In this document: positions 39,787-50,264 of the stretch, piece after piece
Numbering within the stretch: the first letter of the stretch is position 1
Layout: the number at the start of each line of letters is the position of its first letter
Sequence record: OR805293.1
DNA length: 64,000 nucleotides
Direction: 5' to 3' (one strand)
The notes under the pieces: generated by a model
What the model saw: only the letters and a program-made list of their open reading frames with translations
Database searches by the model: none
What the model was told of the DNA's origin: nothing
Translations under genes and position numbers: made by a program

Positions 39787-40280
39787 ACATTCCTCTCTTC
39801 AGTTCTTCGTTTTACTAATCCTTTTAAAACAACTCCTCCTGCTTTAGTCCATTTTAGCAATTCGTTGCATGCTCCTACTTTATCGCCTGCATTTAATTTT
39901 CTAAGCATTGTGGATTGATTTCCATTTTTTAATGTGACAAATCCGTCTTTAACCCCTTTTTTCCCCGGTCCTACGTTATATAAGAACGAAAGAAATGCAG
40001 CATGTTCGTATGGCGTTAATTCTACCTTTACTACATTTGTTAAGATTTTATTATGTTCTAAAAGATCTTTTGCTAATTGATCCAAACATTGGTCGTCTGT
40101 AAATTGTTGTCCTTTTTTTAGCTCAGGTCCGGTGTGACCGTAGCAAGATGTTAAAATTCCTACCGGATCTACATATACCTTGTTTACTTTACCTTCAAAC
40201 GGAGCTAATAGTGCTCCTCCTAGTGCAATTGCACCGGATAATCCCATTGCAATTAATTTTTTTCTAATATTATTATCCAT
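39765..40280 (-). CDS. SAR-type endolysin (GH24 lysozyme)
   Basis: E-8aa-D-5aa-T triad (FEG...DPVGILT); Gly/Ala-rich N-terminal anchor; GLVKRRTEER. Confidence 0.9.
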   Translation of the reverse strand: MDNNIRKKLIAMGLSGAIALGGALLAPFEGKVNKVYVDPVGILTSCYGHTGPELKKGQQFTDDQCLDQLAKDLLEHNKILTNVVKVELTPYEHAAFLSFLYNVGPGKKGVKDGFVTLKNGNQSTMLRKLNAGDKVGACNELLKWTKAGGVVLKGLVKRRTEERNVCLGNLN

Positions 40281-40401
40281 ACTAATCCTTTATAAAATAA
40301 AACGTGTTAACATATATGTCAACTATATGTATAACGGCAGCTTTGCAATAGTAGCATTATGCTATATACTGTTTTTTATAACATAAACCGTTGGAGTATA
40401 T

Positions 40402-40833
40402 ATGACACTTATTTCGCAAATAAAAGCAGATCAACTTTCTGCTCGTAAATGTAAAAATAAAATAGCTACATCTCTCCTTACTACACTACTTTCAGAAGCA
40501 TCTCAACCCGGCATAAATGACGGAAAGAGAGAATCTACAGATAACGAAGTAATAAGTGTAATTAATTCGTTTATCAAGAATAACAAAATAGCACAAGAAA
40601 ATGCTAGCAAAGATATTCTTTGCGTATTACAAGAAGAATTAGCTATCTTAGTTTCTTATCTACCCGAACAATATACAAAAGATAAATTAACTGAGATTAT
40701 ATCTAAATATATAAATAATAATCCTGATTTTACTATTTCGTCTGTTATGCAGTATTTACGACAAAATCATTCAGGAAAATATGAAGGTAGAATGGCAAAA
40801 GAAATAATTGATACTTGTATGCAGGGAGTTTAG
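40402..40833 (+). CDS. YqeY/GatB-domain protein
   Basis: IKADQLSARK...LLTTLL...EELAILVSYLPEQ pattern. Confidence 0.8.
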   Translation: MTLISQIKADQLSARKCKNKIATSLLTTLLSEASQPGINDGKRESTDNEVISVINSFIKNNKIAQENASKDILCVLQEELAILVSYLPEQYTKDKLTEIISKYINNNPDFTISSVMQYLRQNHSGKYEGRMAKEIIDTCMQGV

Positions 40834-41047
40834 TGTGAAAATTTTAGAAATGGCAGAATCTAGTTGGATAGAATTTGTAGAAAGAAAAGACAATGATGTT
40901 ATATTGCAGACAAAGTCTGGATATACATATCTTATAAAACGAGTTCCAGATGACGTGTGGCTTGAATGGAATATAGCTCCTTCTGCAGGGGCGTATTTTG
41001 TTGCAAATATAAGAAACAAATACCAAATTAATAAAGTTGTAGGATAA
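40808..41047 (+). CDS. KTSC-domain protein
   Basis: YTYLIKRVPDDVW...APSAGAYFVANIRNKY; true start probably downstream of 40808. Confidence 0.7.
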   Translation: MILVCREFSVKILEMAESSWIEFVERKDNDVILQTKSGYTYLIKRVPDDVWLEWNIAPSAGAYFVANIRNKYQINKVVG

Positions 41048-41517
41048 TGATAGAAATAATAGCAGCAATTGGACCTAAATTAGAAATAGGACTCAATGGA
41101 CGATTGCCATGGAATTACATATCGGAGGATATGGCTCATTTTAAAAAACACACAATAGGGAAATGTGTTATAATGGGTAAGACGACGTTCGAGAGTTTAA
41201 ATAAAATACCTCTGTCTGGTCGTACTAACATTGTGATGTCTACTAATGAAATTTACACAGGCGTATGCAACGTAAGATCGGTCAAAGATGCGTTAGATAC
41301 AGCAATGATAAAAGACAAAGGAATTGCAGTGATAGGCGGCGCCAGCATCTATAAACAATTTGAAGGTATAGCAACTAAACTTGTAATAACACATATACCG
41401 GATAAGTATATATCGTCTGCAGATACTTATTTTCCAATAGATCTAAATAATTGGAATGTTTTTAACGAATATAATATAACATCTGATATAATTGTTAAGG
41501 AATATGTTAAAAAATGA
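41047..41517 (+). CDS. folA: Dihydrofolate reductase
   Basis: IGLNGRLPW, FKKHT, IMGKTTFESL, LSGRTNIV, IGGASIY, ADTYFP. Confidence 0.95.
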   Translation: MIEIIAAIGPKLEIGLNGRLPWNYISEDMAHFKKHTIGKCVIMGKTTFESLNKIPLSGRTNIVMSTNEIYTGVCNVRSVKDALDTAMIKDKGIAVIGGASIYKQFEGIATKLVITHIPDKYISSADTYFPIDLNNWNVFNEYNITSDIIVKEYVKK

Positions 41518-41759
41518 TATTTTTTCATATTTTAGGGGTTGTAGGTACAGTATGTGTATTATTCTGTTATTGGATGATAGCAGAAGGTAAATGGACAAAT
41601 AAAACTAAAAAATATTATTTAATTAATGGAATCGGCGCGTTATTTTTGTTAGCTAGTTTAGTTGTTAATTTTAATTTAGGATCTGTAATTCTAGAGATAT
41701 TCTTTTTGATTATTACTGTTCGTGGATATTTAAAGGCAATAAAAGAAAACGATGTATAA
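41514..41759 (+). CDS. Small membrane protein (3 TM)
   Basis: Hydrophobic 81-aa ORF, coupled overlaps. Confidence 0.7.
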   Translation: MIFFHILGVVGTVCVLFCYWMIAEGKWTNKTKKYYLINGIGALFLLASLVVNFNLGSVILEIFFLIITVRGYLKAIKENDV

Positions 41760-42021
41760 CGAAATAATAAACCGTATAAATTCTGAACAAGAATTTAAGA
41801 GATTATTAAAGGCGTCTGATACTAATTTTCCTGTAAAAATATCTAAACATTTTATATTTGATAAATCTTCTAATGTTTCTCTAAATATGAAAGATATAAT
41901 TTATCCTGTTGTATGTATAACTGTGTTTTCATTTGTGCAAAATACAGATATAGGTGTATGCAATCACCATGTATATCCATTAGAGTGCATTAAAGCTAAA
42001 TTGTTTACTGAGGAAAATTAA
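41752..42021 (+). CDS. Hypothetical protein
   Basis: Operon-coupled ORF. Confidence 0.6.
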   Translation: MYNEIINRINSEQEFKRLLKASDTNFPVKISKHFIFDKSSNVSLNMKDIIYPVVCITVFSFVQNTDIGVCNHHVYPLECIKAKLFTEEN

Positions 42022-42576
42022 ATGGGATCTCATTTAATAAAAACTGGTGTAAAAAATATAAAAAATAATTCTCAACAGATGGAATTTGACGATATAGTTA
42101 AGTTAGTATCTGATTCGTATAACAGATGTGTAAATGAAATAAACAAATCAAAAATAGAATCCGATCTGTTATTAGAAACAACGTACTCTGAAGAAATAGA
42201 ATACGTCGAACGGATAATTAATTTTTATAGGAAAAAAAATACAAAATTATTGTTAAATGCAATGAAAATTACTAAAACAAAACATTTACTTTTTTCTATT
42301 AAGTCTGCAACTGCTCGCCCTGCTCACGGCGAAGTGCTATGTATTGGTAGATATAAAGGTTGGCCATCTGCTTGGGCTATACTTGAAAATGTAATAGGTA
42401 TACACACATCTTGTGGTAATTCTAATCAACAACAATTTCAACTATTAAATATAAACTTAATAGACAAAAAATTTATTAATAACGTAGTGGATGAAAATGG
42501 AAATATAGTTATTGATTCCGAAATTCGTAAGGAATTAGAAAAATACGCTGTAGTAACTAGGAAAAGTTGGTATTAA
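42022..42576 (+). CDS. Hypothetical protein
   Basis: RBS GAGG, operon-coupled. Confidence 0.65.
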   Translation: MGSHLIKTGVKNIKNNSQQMEFDDIVKLVSDSYNRCVNEINKSKIESDLLLETTYSEEIEYVERIINFYRKKNTKLLLNAMKITKTKHLLFSIKSATARPAHGEVLCIGRYKGWPSAWAILENVIGIHTSCGNSNQQQFQLLNINLIDKKFINNVVDENGNIVIDSEIRKELEKYAVVTRKSWY

Positions 42577-42591
42577 TAATAGGGGTAAAAC

Positions 42592-43155
42592 ATGAATATT
42601 TCCTTGCGCCGCGCCAGAAAATTAGAAATTAAATTAAAGAATTTTTTAAATGAATCTGCAAATTATAAAGCACAGATTAGGGTAAATTCTAATAGTGAAC
42701 AAATCATAGAAACACTACATGTATCTAGGGTAAAATTTGAAACTGAATTAGAAAATAAAAGAAAACTAATATCTGCTAGATTTAAAATAAGAGAACTAAT
42801 TGGTAAAAATAATCACAACGTAGGCATCGATAATCTTATTACCCAAAGAGAGCACATAAAAGAACAAATAGTTCTTCTGCAAACTATGTTACTTAATGAT
42901 ACTGTAGAAGATTGTATTGCATGTGATATAATAGAAGCAGAACGAAAACTCAATGAATCTATGGGTAAGAAAACTACTGTAGTTCCTGTTTCTATTATAA
43001 ATTCTAATTTAAAATCAAAATACTTATTAGAAAAAAATTCATTAAAAGCACGTTTAGACGAAATTGATGAAAAGATTTTATCGTTAAACAATTCTACTAC
43101 TATAACAATTGATGACGATATAAAAGAATTATTGTTAGATAATAGACTTATTTAA
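42592..43155 (+). CDS. Hypothetical coiled-coil protein
   Basis: RBS GGGG; helical composition. Confidence 0.65.
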   Translation: MNISLRRARKLEIKLKNFLNESANYKAQIRVNSNSEQIIETLHVSRVKFETELENKRKLISARFKIRELIGKNNHNVGIDNLITQREHIKEQIVLLQTMLLNDTVEDCIACDIIEAERKLNESMGKKTTVVPVSIINSNLKSKYLLEKNSLKARLDEIDEKILSLNNSTTITIDDDIKELLLDNRLI

Positions 43156-43226
43156 TAATCATATATAACTATTGACGTTATATTTTAATTGTGTTTTACT
43201 ATGTAAAAATTTTAAGGAATAAAAAT

Positions 43227-43478
43227 ATGAAAGTAGAAATTTACGGTAAAGAAAATTGTCCGCATTGTAAAAATGCAGTTCAGTTATGTGAAATGAGGGG
43301 ATTAGAATACTATTATTATGATGTTAGTGATCAAGAAACCGGAATGGAATTAATAACAGAATTAACTAATCGTATAGGAACTAGGCCGAAATCTGTTCCT
43401 CAAATTTTTATCGATAATCAACATGTGGGAGGATATACTCAGTTTCATTGTGCATTAGATGCAGCAAGGAATATGTAA
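43227..43478 (+). CDS. Glutaredoxin
   Basis: CPHC active site, SVPQIFID..HVGGY; start at ATG 43227 after AAGGA RBS. Confidence 0.9.
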   Translation: MKVEIYGKENCPHCKNAVQLCEMRGLEYYYYDVSDQETGMELITELTNRIGTRPKSVPQIFIDNQHVGGYTQFHCALDAARNM

Positions 43479-43628
43479 ATAAAACTATTGTATGTTTTTG
43501 TGTAAAGATGTAATACTTCGTTTTATCGGTTAAATTTTAAAAATTTTCTAATTCAGTAAACAAAAAGGTCGTGTTAGAAACATTTTGTAAAAATTTCTTT
43601 AAAACTTATATAGATATTTGGTTATTAC

Positions 43629-44159
43629 ATGTCTAGCATATATAGTAAGTTAAAAGATATAATAATTATCGATGTGGAAGCTAGTGGATCGTATCCTATT
43701 GAGATTGGATTTATAACTAGTTCGGGCAAAATAGAATCTAATTTAATAAGAAGACACCATTCTTGGTTATCTTGGGACTATAGAGCAGAAAGAAAAGTCC
43801 ATAAAATTTCTAAGAGTATGCTTAGCTCGCACGGAATAAGTGTTAGGAATGCTTGCACATGGTTAAATGAGTCATTATGCGGAAAGACTGTATATTCTGA
43901 TTGCGCACAAAATGATAATAAGTGGTTACGTGCATTATTTTCTGCAGGAAACTGCGGGCAGAATTTTAGAGTATTAGATACTAACAATCTAATGCCGCAG
44001 TATCCGAAACGGTTTTATAATGAAAAATTTTTAGAATTTAAGAGAAAGAATTATAAATTAACTCAACAACACAGAGTAGATTCAGATGTTTTAGTAATTA
44101 AAGATTCTTTATTGGAACTAGCAGAATTGGAAGAGTTTATTAATGAGCAGTTTAACTGA
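43629..44159 (+). CDS. DEDD-family 3'-5' exonuclease-like protein
   Basis: IIDVEASG..PIEIG; HRVDSD. Confidence 0.75.
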   Translation: MSSIYSKLKDIIIIDVEASGSYPIEIGFITSSGKIESNLIRRHHSWLSWDYRAERKVHKISKSMLSSHGISVRNACTWLNESLCGKTVYSDCAQNDNKWLRALFSAGNCGQNFRVLDTNNLMPQYPKRFYNEKFLEFKRKNYKLTQQHRVDSDVLVIKDSLLELAELEEFINEQFN

Positions 44160-44322
44160 TATAAAAGAATTGATAGAAAAGAAGAGCATTAATATAGCCA
44201 TACTAGAATTTTCTGGCTGGTACTTAAAGACTAATATTGGTATTTTTACATTAATAGGAGACCAGTATTATAAAGATGGAACACCTATTTCTAAAAAAGA
44301 AATTGAGGAACTTCTAAAATGA
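44143..44322 (+). CDS. Small hypothetical protein (59 aa), not in ORF track
   Basis: MSSLTDIKELIEKK...EELLK*; overlaps neighbours at both ends. Confidence 0.6.
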   Translation: MSSLTDIKELIEKKSINIAILEFSGWYLKTNIGIFTLIGDQYYKDGTPISKKEIEELLK

Positions 44323-44606
44323 AACGAGTTGCATTATTGATACCATTGTGTGTTTTATATGGTTGCAGTTCTAATCCATATGAAAACAATATAGTCAATA
44401 ATGCAACTCGTTATGTAACAGTAGAAACACCAGAAACAATAAGCAGAAACATTGCAAACCGATATGTATTAAATACCGATGAATTTCCTGCAAAACCCCA
44501 CGACACATATAAAATGTATGGCGAACAAATTAAATCTACCTTTAGGGGAAATGCAAGAAGATTAATAGAATCTACTATTATTTCTATATTTAGAAATAAT
44601 AGATAA
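44319..44606 (+). CDS. Putative lipoprotein
   Basis: Signal peptide with lipobox LYG-C. Confidence 0.7.
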   Translation: MKRVALLIPLCVLYGCSSNPYENNIVNNATRYVTVETPETISRNIANRYVLNTDEFPAKPHDTYKMYGEQIKSTFRGNARRLIESTIISIFRNNR

Positions 44607-44608
44607 TA

Positions 44609-45037
44609 TTATTTCTTTCTTTTCTTAGATGCTACAGGTTTTATTTCGTCTGCTGCATGTTCTGTTTTAGATTCGTTATTAACTGTAGTTTCATTAGAAA
44701 CAATTGCTTTATTTGTCGGTTTCTCTTCTATTTTAGAAAAATCCTTACATGCATCCCATTCAAACTCTTTAAAATGTGCAGGACCATCGTATACAACTAC
44801 TCTTACTTCTTCGATTTTTAAAGTAGGATATACTACACCATCTATTTCTACTAAGCCGCAAATTTCAAACTCCTTTAAGAGCGAAGGATCGGTTTGATTA
44901 GTTAACACACATCTTCCGGTGCATTTACCTACCTCTACATTAAATTTTCTATTGCTTATTTGGGATAATATTGTTGCTTTTCCTGCAGGTTCATAAGGAA
45001 CTTTGGCAAAAAATTTTACTTTATTAAGAAATATCAT
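44609..45037 (-). CDS. Hypothetical late protein
   Basis: AGGAG RBS; GATAAATA at 45061-45068 on - strand. Confidence 0.7.
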   Translation of the reverse strand: MIFLNKVKFFAKVPYEPAGKATILSQISNRKFNVEVGKCTGRCVLTNQTDPSLLKEFEICGLVEIDGVVYPTLKIEEVRVVVYDGPAHFKEFEWDACKDFSKIEEKPTNKAIVSNETTVNNESKTEHAADEIKPVASKKRKK

Positions 45038-45079
45038 AATCTTCTCCTAAGTTTATTTAATATTTATCTGCTAATACAT

Positions 45080-45108
45080 TTGACGAAATACATTGAATAT
45101 TTTAAAAT
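45080..45108 (+). promoter_or_regulatory. sigma70-type promoter
   Basis: TTGACG-17 nt-TAAAAT upstream of rIIA. Confidence 0.65.
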
Positions 45109-45148
45109 ATTGCAAATAAACACGTATAATTCAGTTTGGGAGTGTAGC

Positions 45149-47332
45149 GTGAAATTAGAATCGGATAATTCTGTAACAATAGAATCTACAAACATGGTAG
45201 GTGGAAAATCTTTCACTATTAAAAATAGTCCGAAAGCCTTTTCTATTCTATCTAACGGGTTATATAAAGATAAAATTCGTGCAATTGTAAGAGAAATTGG
45301 GTGTAATGCACGAGATAGTCATGTTGCAGCAAATAAATGTGATGTTCCTTTTGAATATCATGTTCCTACTGATTTAGAGCCGTTTTTTAGCATAAAAGAC
45401 TTCGGTGTAGGTTTAGATTACAACGAAGTAATGAATATTTATACTACTTATTTTGATTCTACAAAAACACAATCAAATGATTTTATTGGTGCTTTTGGGC
45501 TCGGATCAAAGTCACCGTTTTCCTATGTAGATAATTTTTCTATAATTTCTACAAAAGATGGAATAACAAGAACTTTCGCTGCATTTATAAGTGAATCTGG
45601 TGTTCCGGATATGCTTATGCTAAGCGAAATGAAAACAAATGAGCCCAACGGAGTTGAAGTAAAGATTCCTGTATCAAATCGGGCTGATTACAAAATTTTT
45701 GATAAAAACTGTGTAGATGTATATTCGTGGATGAATGTGTTGCCAGTAGAAGTAAATGGCCACCATGTATTAAAAACCCCAGAAGTTTTTCTATCTGTAA
45801 CAAACAGAGCTACAATATATAAAGGCACTAATGAATCACATAAACTATACGCAAGACAGGGCGGAGTATTATATCCAATTGATATAGAATCTATATCCGA
45901 AGAATATCTTGATGATAGCTATGTCCGTAAATTAGATAATAGAAACTTTTATTCATATTTTGTTGTAATAGATTTTAGTATAGGAGAATTAGATGTATCT
46001 GCATCTAGAGAAGAATTATCTTATATTCCGTTAACTCAGAAAAATTTATCTACTGCATTAATTGATTTCGTATGTTCCTTTACTAAAGCTATCACAGATG
46101 ATATAAATTCTAATATAGACGCAGTAACGAAAACAAAAGTGTTATATGAATATAAACAGAAATCATTTAATATATTTGTTCCTGATATAAAAACATTAAC
46201 CAATATCATATATGCCAATATTTCGGATTCTGTAGAGATAGGTCAAGTATATATACCGATATCTGAAGTAAAAGCATTGTTTACCAATGTTAACTATTAT
46301 ACACTGGATTATGGTATTTTTAGGAAGGCAAGATTTTTAGTTACATACTATAAACATCTAAGTACAGGTGAAATAAAAAGATATAGAAATTATACTTCCA
46401 GTGCCTCATACGAAGGTATAACATATATTTCTGATAATATAGCAATTGACGATAGTAATACTGTAAAATATTTTATAATAGATGATAATACATCGACAAG
46501 AGCAATAAGAGACTATATATCGAATATTTACAGAGCACGGTGTAAAGTTATAATTTGTAAAAATAAAAATGGAAAAATAAAAAGAAACGATATATATAAT
46601 TTCGCAAGAAAATATTATATTTCTAAATCGCAAATTATATTTTCGTCTGATCTAAATATTCCTGTTATTCCTAAGCAAAATAACAGAATCAAAAAAGAAG
46701 ATGAAGAATGTATTTTGTTATGCAGAAGTTTTAATATATGGAAAGAATCGATAGTAAAGCTGTCTGATATAAAGGATGATTGCTATTATGTAGAATTTTC
46801 TGGATGGAATATGACTACTGATTTGTCTGATTCGGATATTACTGCACTTACATTATATCATTCTAAACCGATATACGGGGTAAGAAAGATAACCTTAGAA
46901 CAAGTCAAGAAAAATAAACATTTTATTCCTATTACTGATCATGTAATAGATGAAATGTATAATAATGTTAAGGATGTTATAAAACAGTGTAGACCGGATT
47001 CTACTTATTCCGATGTAGACAAATTGCTTTATTATATAAATTCTGCAAACTTAAAGGACTCATTAACAAATACTGAAATAAAAGAATATGAAAAATACAA
47101 AAATACTTATAAACCGATTAGTGAGTCGTCGATTAAAAATATCATACGACATTTAGATACAGAAAAACTAGCTAATCAATTAAAAATAATACATAAACGC
47201 GCCAGCCGGTATGAAAATATTCTATCTAAGTATCCGCTTATTGAACACATCAATTTAAGTAAAGTAGGTATAGTACACGTAGTGAATTATATGAATATGA
47301 TAGATAACAACGGAGAATCTAAAAATGACTAA
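45149..47332 (+). CDS. rIIA: rIIA-like protein
   Basis: LYKDKIRAIVREIGCNARDSH, IKDFGVGL, GAFGLGSKSPFSY GHKL motifs; followed by rIIB; GTG 45149 after GGAG. Confidence 0.9.
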   Translation: MKLESDNSVTIESTNMVGGKSFTIKNSPKAFSILSNGLYKDKIRAIVREIGCNARDSHVAANKCDVPFEYHVPTDLEPFFSIKDFGVGLDYNEVMNIYTTYFDSTKTQSNDFIGAFGLGSKSPFSYVDNFSIISTKDGITRTFAAFISESGVPDMLMLSEMKTNEPNGVEVKIPVSNRADYKIFDKNCVDVYSWMNVLPVEVNGHHVLKTPEVFLSVTNRATIYKGTNESHKLYARQGGVLYPIDIESISEEYLDDSYVRKLDNRNFYSYFVVIDFSIGELDVSASREELSYIPLTQKNLSTALIDFVCSFTKAITDDINSNIDAVTKTKVLYEYKQKSFNIFVPDIKTLTNIIYANISDSVEIGQVYIPISEVKALFTNVNYYTLDYGIFRKARFLVTYYKHLSTGEIKRYRNYTSSASYEGITYISDNIAIDDSNTVKYFIIDDNTSTRAIRDYISNIYRARCKVIICKNKNGKIKRNDIYNFARKYYISKSQIIFSSDLNIPVIPKQNNRIKKEDEECILLCRSFNIWKESIVKLSDIKDDCYYVEFSGWNMTTDLSDSDITALTLYHSKPIYGVRKITLEQVKKNKHFIPITDHVIDEMYNNVKDVIKQCRPDSTYSDVDKLLYYINSANLKDSLTNTEIKEYEKYKNTYKPISESSIKNIIRHLDTEKLANQLKIIHKRASRYENILSKYPLIEHINLSKVGIVHVVNYMNMIDNNGESKND

Positions 47333-48068
47333 TGCAATTCCATATATTATTAGAAAAGATAGTGTAACGGTGGTATTAACTGATACTCCGTATATCATAA
47401 GGGAATCTGATAAAAAATATAAAAAAGCAATTAAATTTATAAAAGCCGAACAGTGGGATGAATTAAAGAAACTAATTGATGTTAAAAATCATATTTCTGA
47501 ATTCCTGAATGGTAAAATTAAAGTAGTCCGGGGTCGGTTTGAGTATAATGGTCAGGTAATTCATAATTCCTTAACTAAACGGATTATGCAAATGCATTCT
47601 GACGGTTTTCCAGTAGACCCGATGATTAATTTCCTTGTAAATTTAATGGAAAATCCTAGTTTTACTGCGGTTAATGGTTTGTATGATTTCTTAGAAACAA
47701 ATAATCTTCCTATTACTACTGACGGATTCTTTTTAGCATACAAACGAATTCGTGAAGATTATACTGATGTAAGAACTGGCACAATAGATAACAGCGTAGG
47801 TAAAGTTGTTTCTATGCCAAGAAATGAAGTACAAGATAACAGCAATATTACTTGCGCTCCTGGATTGCATGTATGTTCGCGCGAATATCTACAACATTTT
47901 GGTGGTGAAAAGGTAATATTAGTAAAAGTAAATCCTAAAGATGTAGTGTCTGTTCCTAAGGATTATAATTTTTCTAAAATGCGTACTTGTAAATACGAAG
48001 TAATATCCGAGCTGTCGTTAGAAGATGCGTTTGAAGATATTGCATCTAACAAGCCAGTTCACAGTTAA
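47325..48068 (+). CDS. rIIB: rIIB-like protein
   Basis: LYDFL...PITTDGFFLAYK, CAPGLHV, VKVNPKDVVSVPKDY...KMRTCKYEV. Confidence 0.9.
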   Translation: MTNAIPYIIRKDSVTVVLTDTPYIIRESDKKYKKAIKFIKAEQWDELKKLIDVKNHISEFLNGKIKVVRGRFEYNGQVIHNSLTKRIMQMHSDGFPVDPMINFLVNLMENPSFTAVNGLYDFLETNNLPITTDGFFLAYKRIREDYTDVRTGTIDNSVGKVVSMPRNEVQDNSNITCAPGLHVCSREYLQHFGGEKVILVKVNPKDVVSVPKDYNFSKMRTCKYEVISELSLEDAFEDIASNKPVHS

Positions 48069-48081
48069 TAAAACTGTACAT

Positions 48082-48108
48082 AAAAAGGGATGCAATGCAT
48101 CCCTTTTT
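48082..48108 (+). terminator. Intrinsic terminator
   Basis: AAAAAGGGATGC-AAT-GCATCCCTTTTT. Confidence 0.85.
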
Positions 48109-48151
48109 ATTTTATTATAAAATATGTTACTATCCTTTAATGGTATAAAAT

Positions 48152-50173
48152 ATGAAAAATTATTTGTTAACTGTACCTGTCAATTCTAATGTAGATTATA
48201 CTAAACTAGATATACACGATTTTGTTCCTGCAATAAAAGAATTAACAACTAGATTATTTTATAACACAGGTGTAACACTTCAAAAAGAAACTATTTTGTT
48301 TAATGATTTGGTAGTATCCGAAGATGCTAGTCGATTAGCATTTATTAATAGCATTTTGCATAATCTATTGAATACTTGCTCTACTACTGAGTTAGAAAAT
48401 ATTGCAGATGAGTGTGATACTATTTGCACAGAATACTATAATAATTCTAGAATCGCATATTCTGAAAGAGAATACAATGCATATAAAAATATAAAAAATA
48501 ATGAATCGTATTTTTCAAGTCTAAAATATTATGAACAAAAATATGTAATTGATGCTATAGAATATTACGAAGAAGAATCTGATATTAATTTCTCGCATGA
48601 TACAAAAATATACCTATCATCTTTATATTCGAAACTTAATAAAGCACAGCAGAATTTTTCTAATAATATAATAAAACATACTGCAAAAAACAGGTATTAT
48701 TTTGAACACGATTTCCAAGTTGAAGGTATACCAGATAACATAAAAGATATAATGCGGGAGAATGCAAGGGCAGACGGTCATGAATCCGGATATGTAGCTA
48801 CAACTGAACACTACATCTACACAGCTATAATGCAATATTGTTCGTACGAGTATACTAGAAAAACAATGTTAGAAGCTTTTTATGTAGCTAGTAACGGCGA
48901 ATATAGCAATACAACTAATATAACAGATATTGTATCTATTAAATCTGAAATAGCAAAATTGTTTGGGTTTAGTACGTTTGCAGAAAAATCATTAAAGCAT
49001 AAAATGGCAAAAACACCCAATAATGTATTTTCTGTATTAAATAAATTGAAAGACTTAGTAGTAGATAAAGCATTAGAAGAAGAAAAAGAACTTTTAACTT
49101 TCGCTAAATCTAAAGGATACCAACGACCTTCTGTCCGCGCCGCTGACAGAAATTATTATTCTACTATGAGATTAAAAGAAGAATATAATTTAGACAAAAA
49201 AGTTATAGAAGAGTATTATACATATGCCGGTGTTCTTCCTTGTATATATGGTGTTATAAAAAAACTTTTTGATGTTACATTTGTAGAAGACCCCGATGCA
49301 TCTGTGTGGCATGAAGATGTTAAATGCTATAAGGTATTCGAAGATAGCAAGCATATTGCATATATTTTTATAGATCCGTTTTCTAGGAACGGAAAACAAT
49401 CCGGGGCATGGATGAATGGTATTATTAAAAGGGATTTTGCTTATAATACTACTCTACCGGTTGCAGTAATAGTGACTAATCTGTCAAAAACATCTATTAC
49501 GTTAGATGATGTACGTACACTCTTGCATGAATTTGGTCATGCATTACACCATGTACTTACTAAAGTAGAATTTCCTAATTATAATGGAATTTCTGTAGAA
49601 TGGGATGCAGTAGAATTGCCGAGCCAATTATTGGAAAATTGGATTAATGATAAAGAGCTTTTAATTGAAATGTCGTCTCATTATTCTACAAAAGAAAAAA
49701 TTCCAGAATATATAATTGATAACTGGTTGGCTATAGATAATTATATGGCTGCGTCTTCGTTAAGAACACAGTTATTATATTCATTAGTAGATATGAAAAT
49801 TTTTAATAGCAATGCAAAGACAGATAAAGATTGTATAGAAATTTTTAATGAAGTAGCAAAAGATTTAAAATTAAACACAGAAGATAATCCGTTTATGCAT
49901 TTGTTTTTATATTCGTTTTCTCATATATTTTCCGGAGGATATACAGCAGGTTATTATAGCTATTTGTGGGCAGAAATTATGTCAAGTGATGTTTATTTAG
50001 AATTTAAAAATAAAGGAATGTATAATATAGAATTTGCTAATAAAATTAAAAAAGATATTCTATATGCAGGTTCTATTAATGACTTTGATGTAATGTATAG
50101 AACATTAATGGGTAGAGATCCTGACCCAGAATCTCTGCTAATAGTTAGGGGATTGCAGAATAGCAAAAAATAA
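48152..50173 (+). CDS. prlC: Oligopeptidase A-like M3 metallopeptidase
   Basis: KQSGAWM, LLHEFGHALHH zinc motif, WDAVELPSQLLENW, FSHIFSGGYTAGYYSYLWAE. Confidence 0.9.
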   Translation: MKNYLLTVPVNSNVDYTKLDIHDFVPAIKELTTRLFYNTGVTLQKETILFNDLVVSEDASRLAFINSILHNLLNTCSTTELENIADECDTICTEYYNNSRIAYSEREYNAYKNIKNNESYFSSLKYYEQKYVIDAIEYYEEESDINFSHDTKIYLSSLYSKLNKAQQNFSNNIIKHTAKNRYYFEHDFQVEGIPDNIKDIMRENARADGHESGYVATTEHYIYTAIMQYCSYEYTRKTMLEAFYVASNGEYSNTTNITDIVSIKSEIAKLFGFSTFAEKSLKHKMAKTPNNVFSVLNKLKDLVVDKALEEEKELLTFAKSKGYQRPSVRAADRNYYSTMRLKEEYNLDKKVIEEYYTYAGVLPCIYGVIKKLFDVTFVEDPDASVWHEDVKCYKVFEDSKHIAYIFIDPFSRNGKQSGAWMNGIIKRDFAYNTTLPVAVIVTNLSKTSITLDDVRTLLHEFGHALHHVLTKVEFPNYNGISVEWDAVELPSQLLENWINDKELLIEMSSHYSTKEKIPEYIIDNWLAIDNYMAASSLRTQLLYSLVDMKIFNSNAKTDKDCIEIFNEVAKDLKLNTEDNPFMHLFLYSFSHIFSGGYTAGYYSYLWAEIMSSDVYLEFKNKGMYNIEFANKIKKDILYAGSINDFDVMYRTLMGRDPDPESLLIVRGLQNSKK

Positions 50174-50264
50174 TAAATTTTGCTACATATATAAAAAGCT
50201 ATGTAACGCTATGCTATTTGGCTTTTGTTGCATTTTATAGCACAAAAACACCATAAAAATAGCC

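Noticed and set aside
45080-45148. ORF-track starts at 45080, 38080, 43191, 51103, 53026, 58204 and 58911
   Set aside because: They overlap promoter elements or lack an RBS; downstream starts with Shine-Dalgarno sequences or operon coupling fit better
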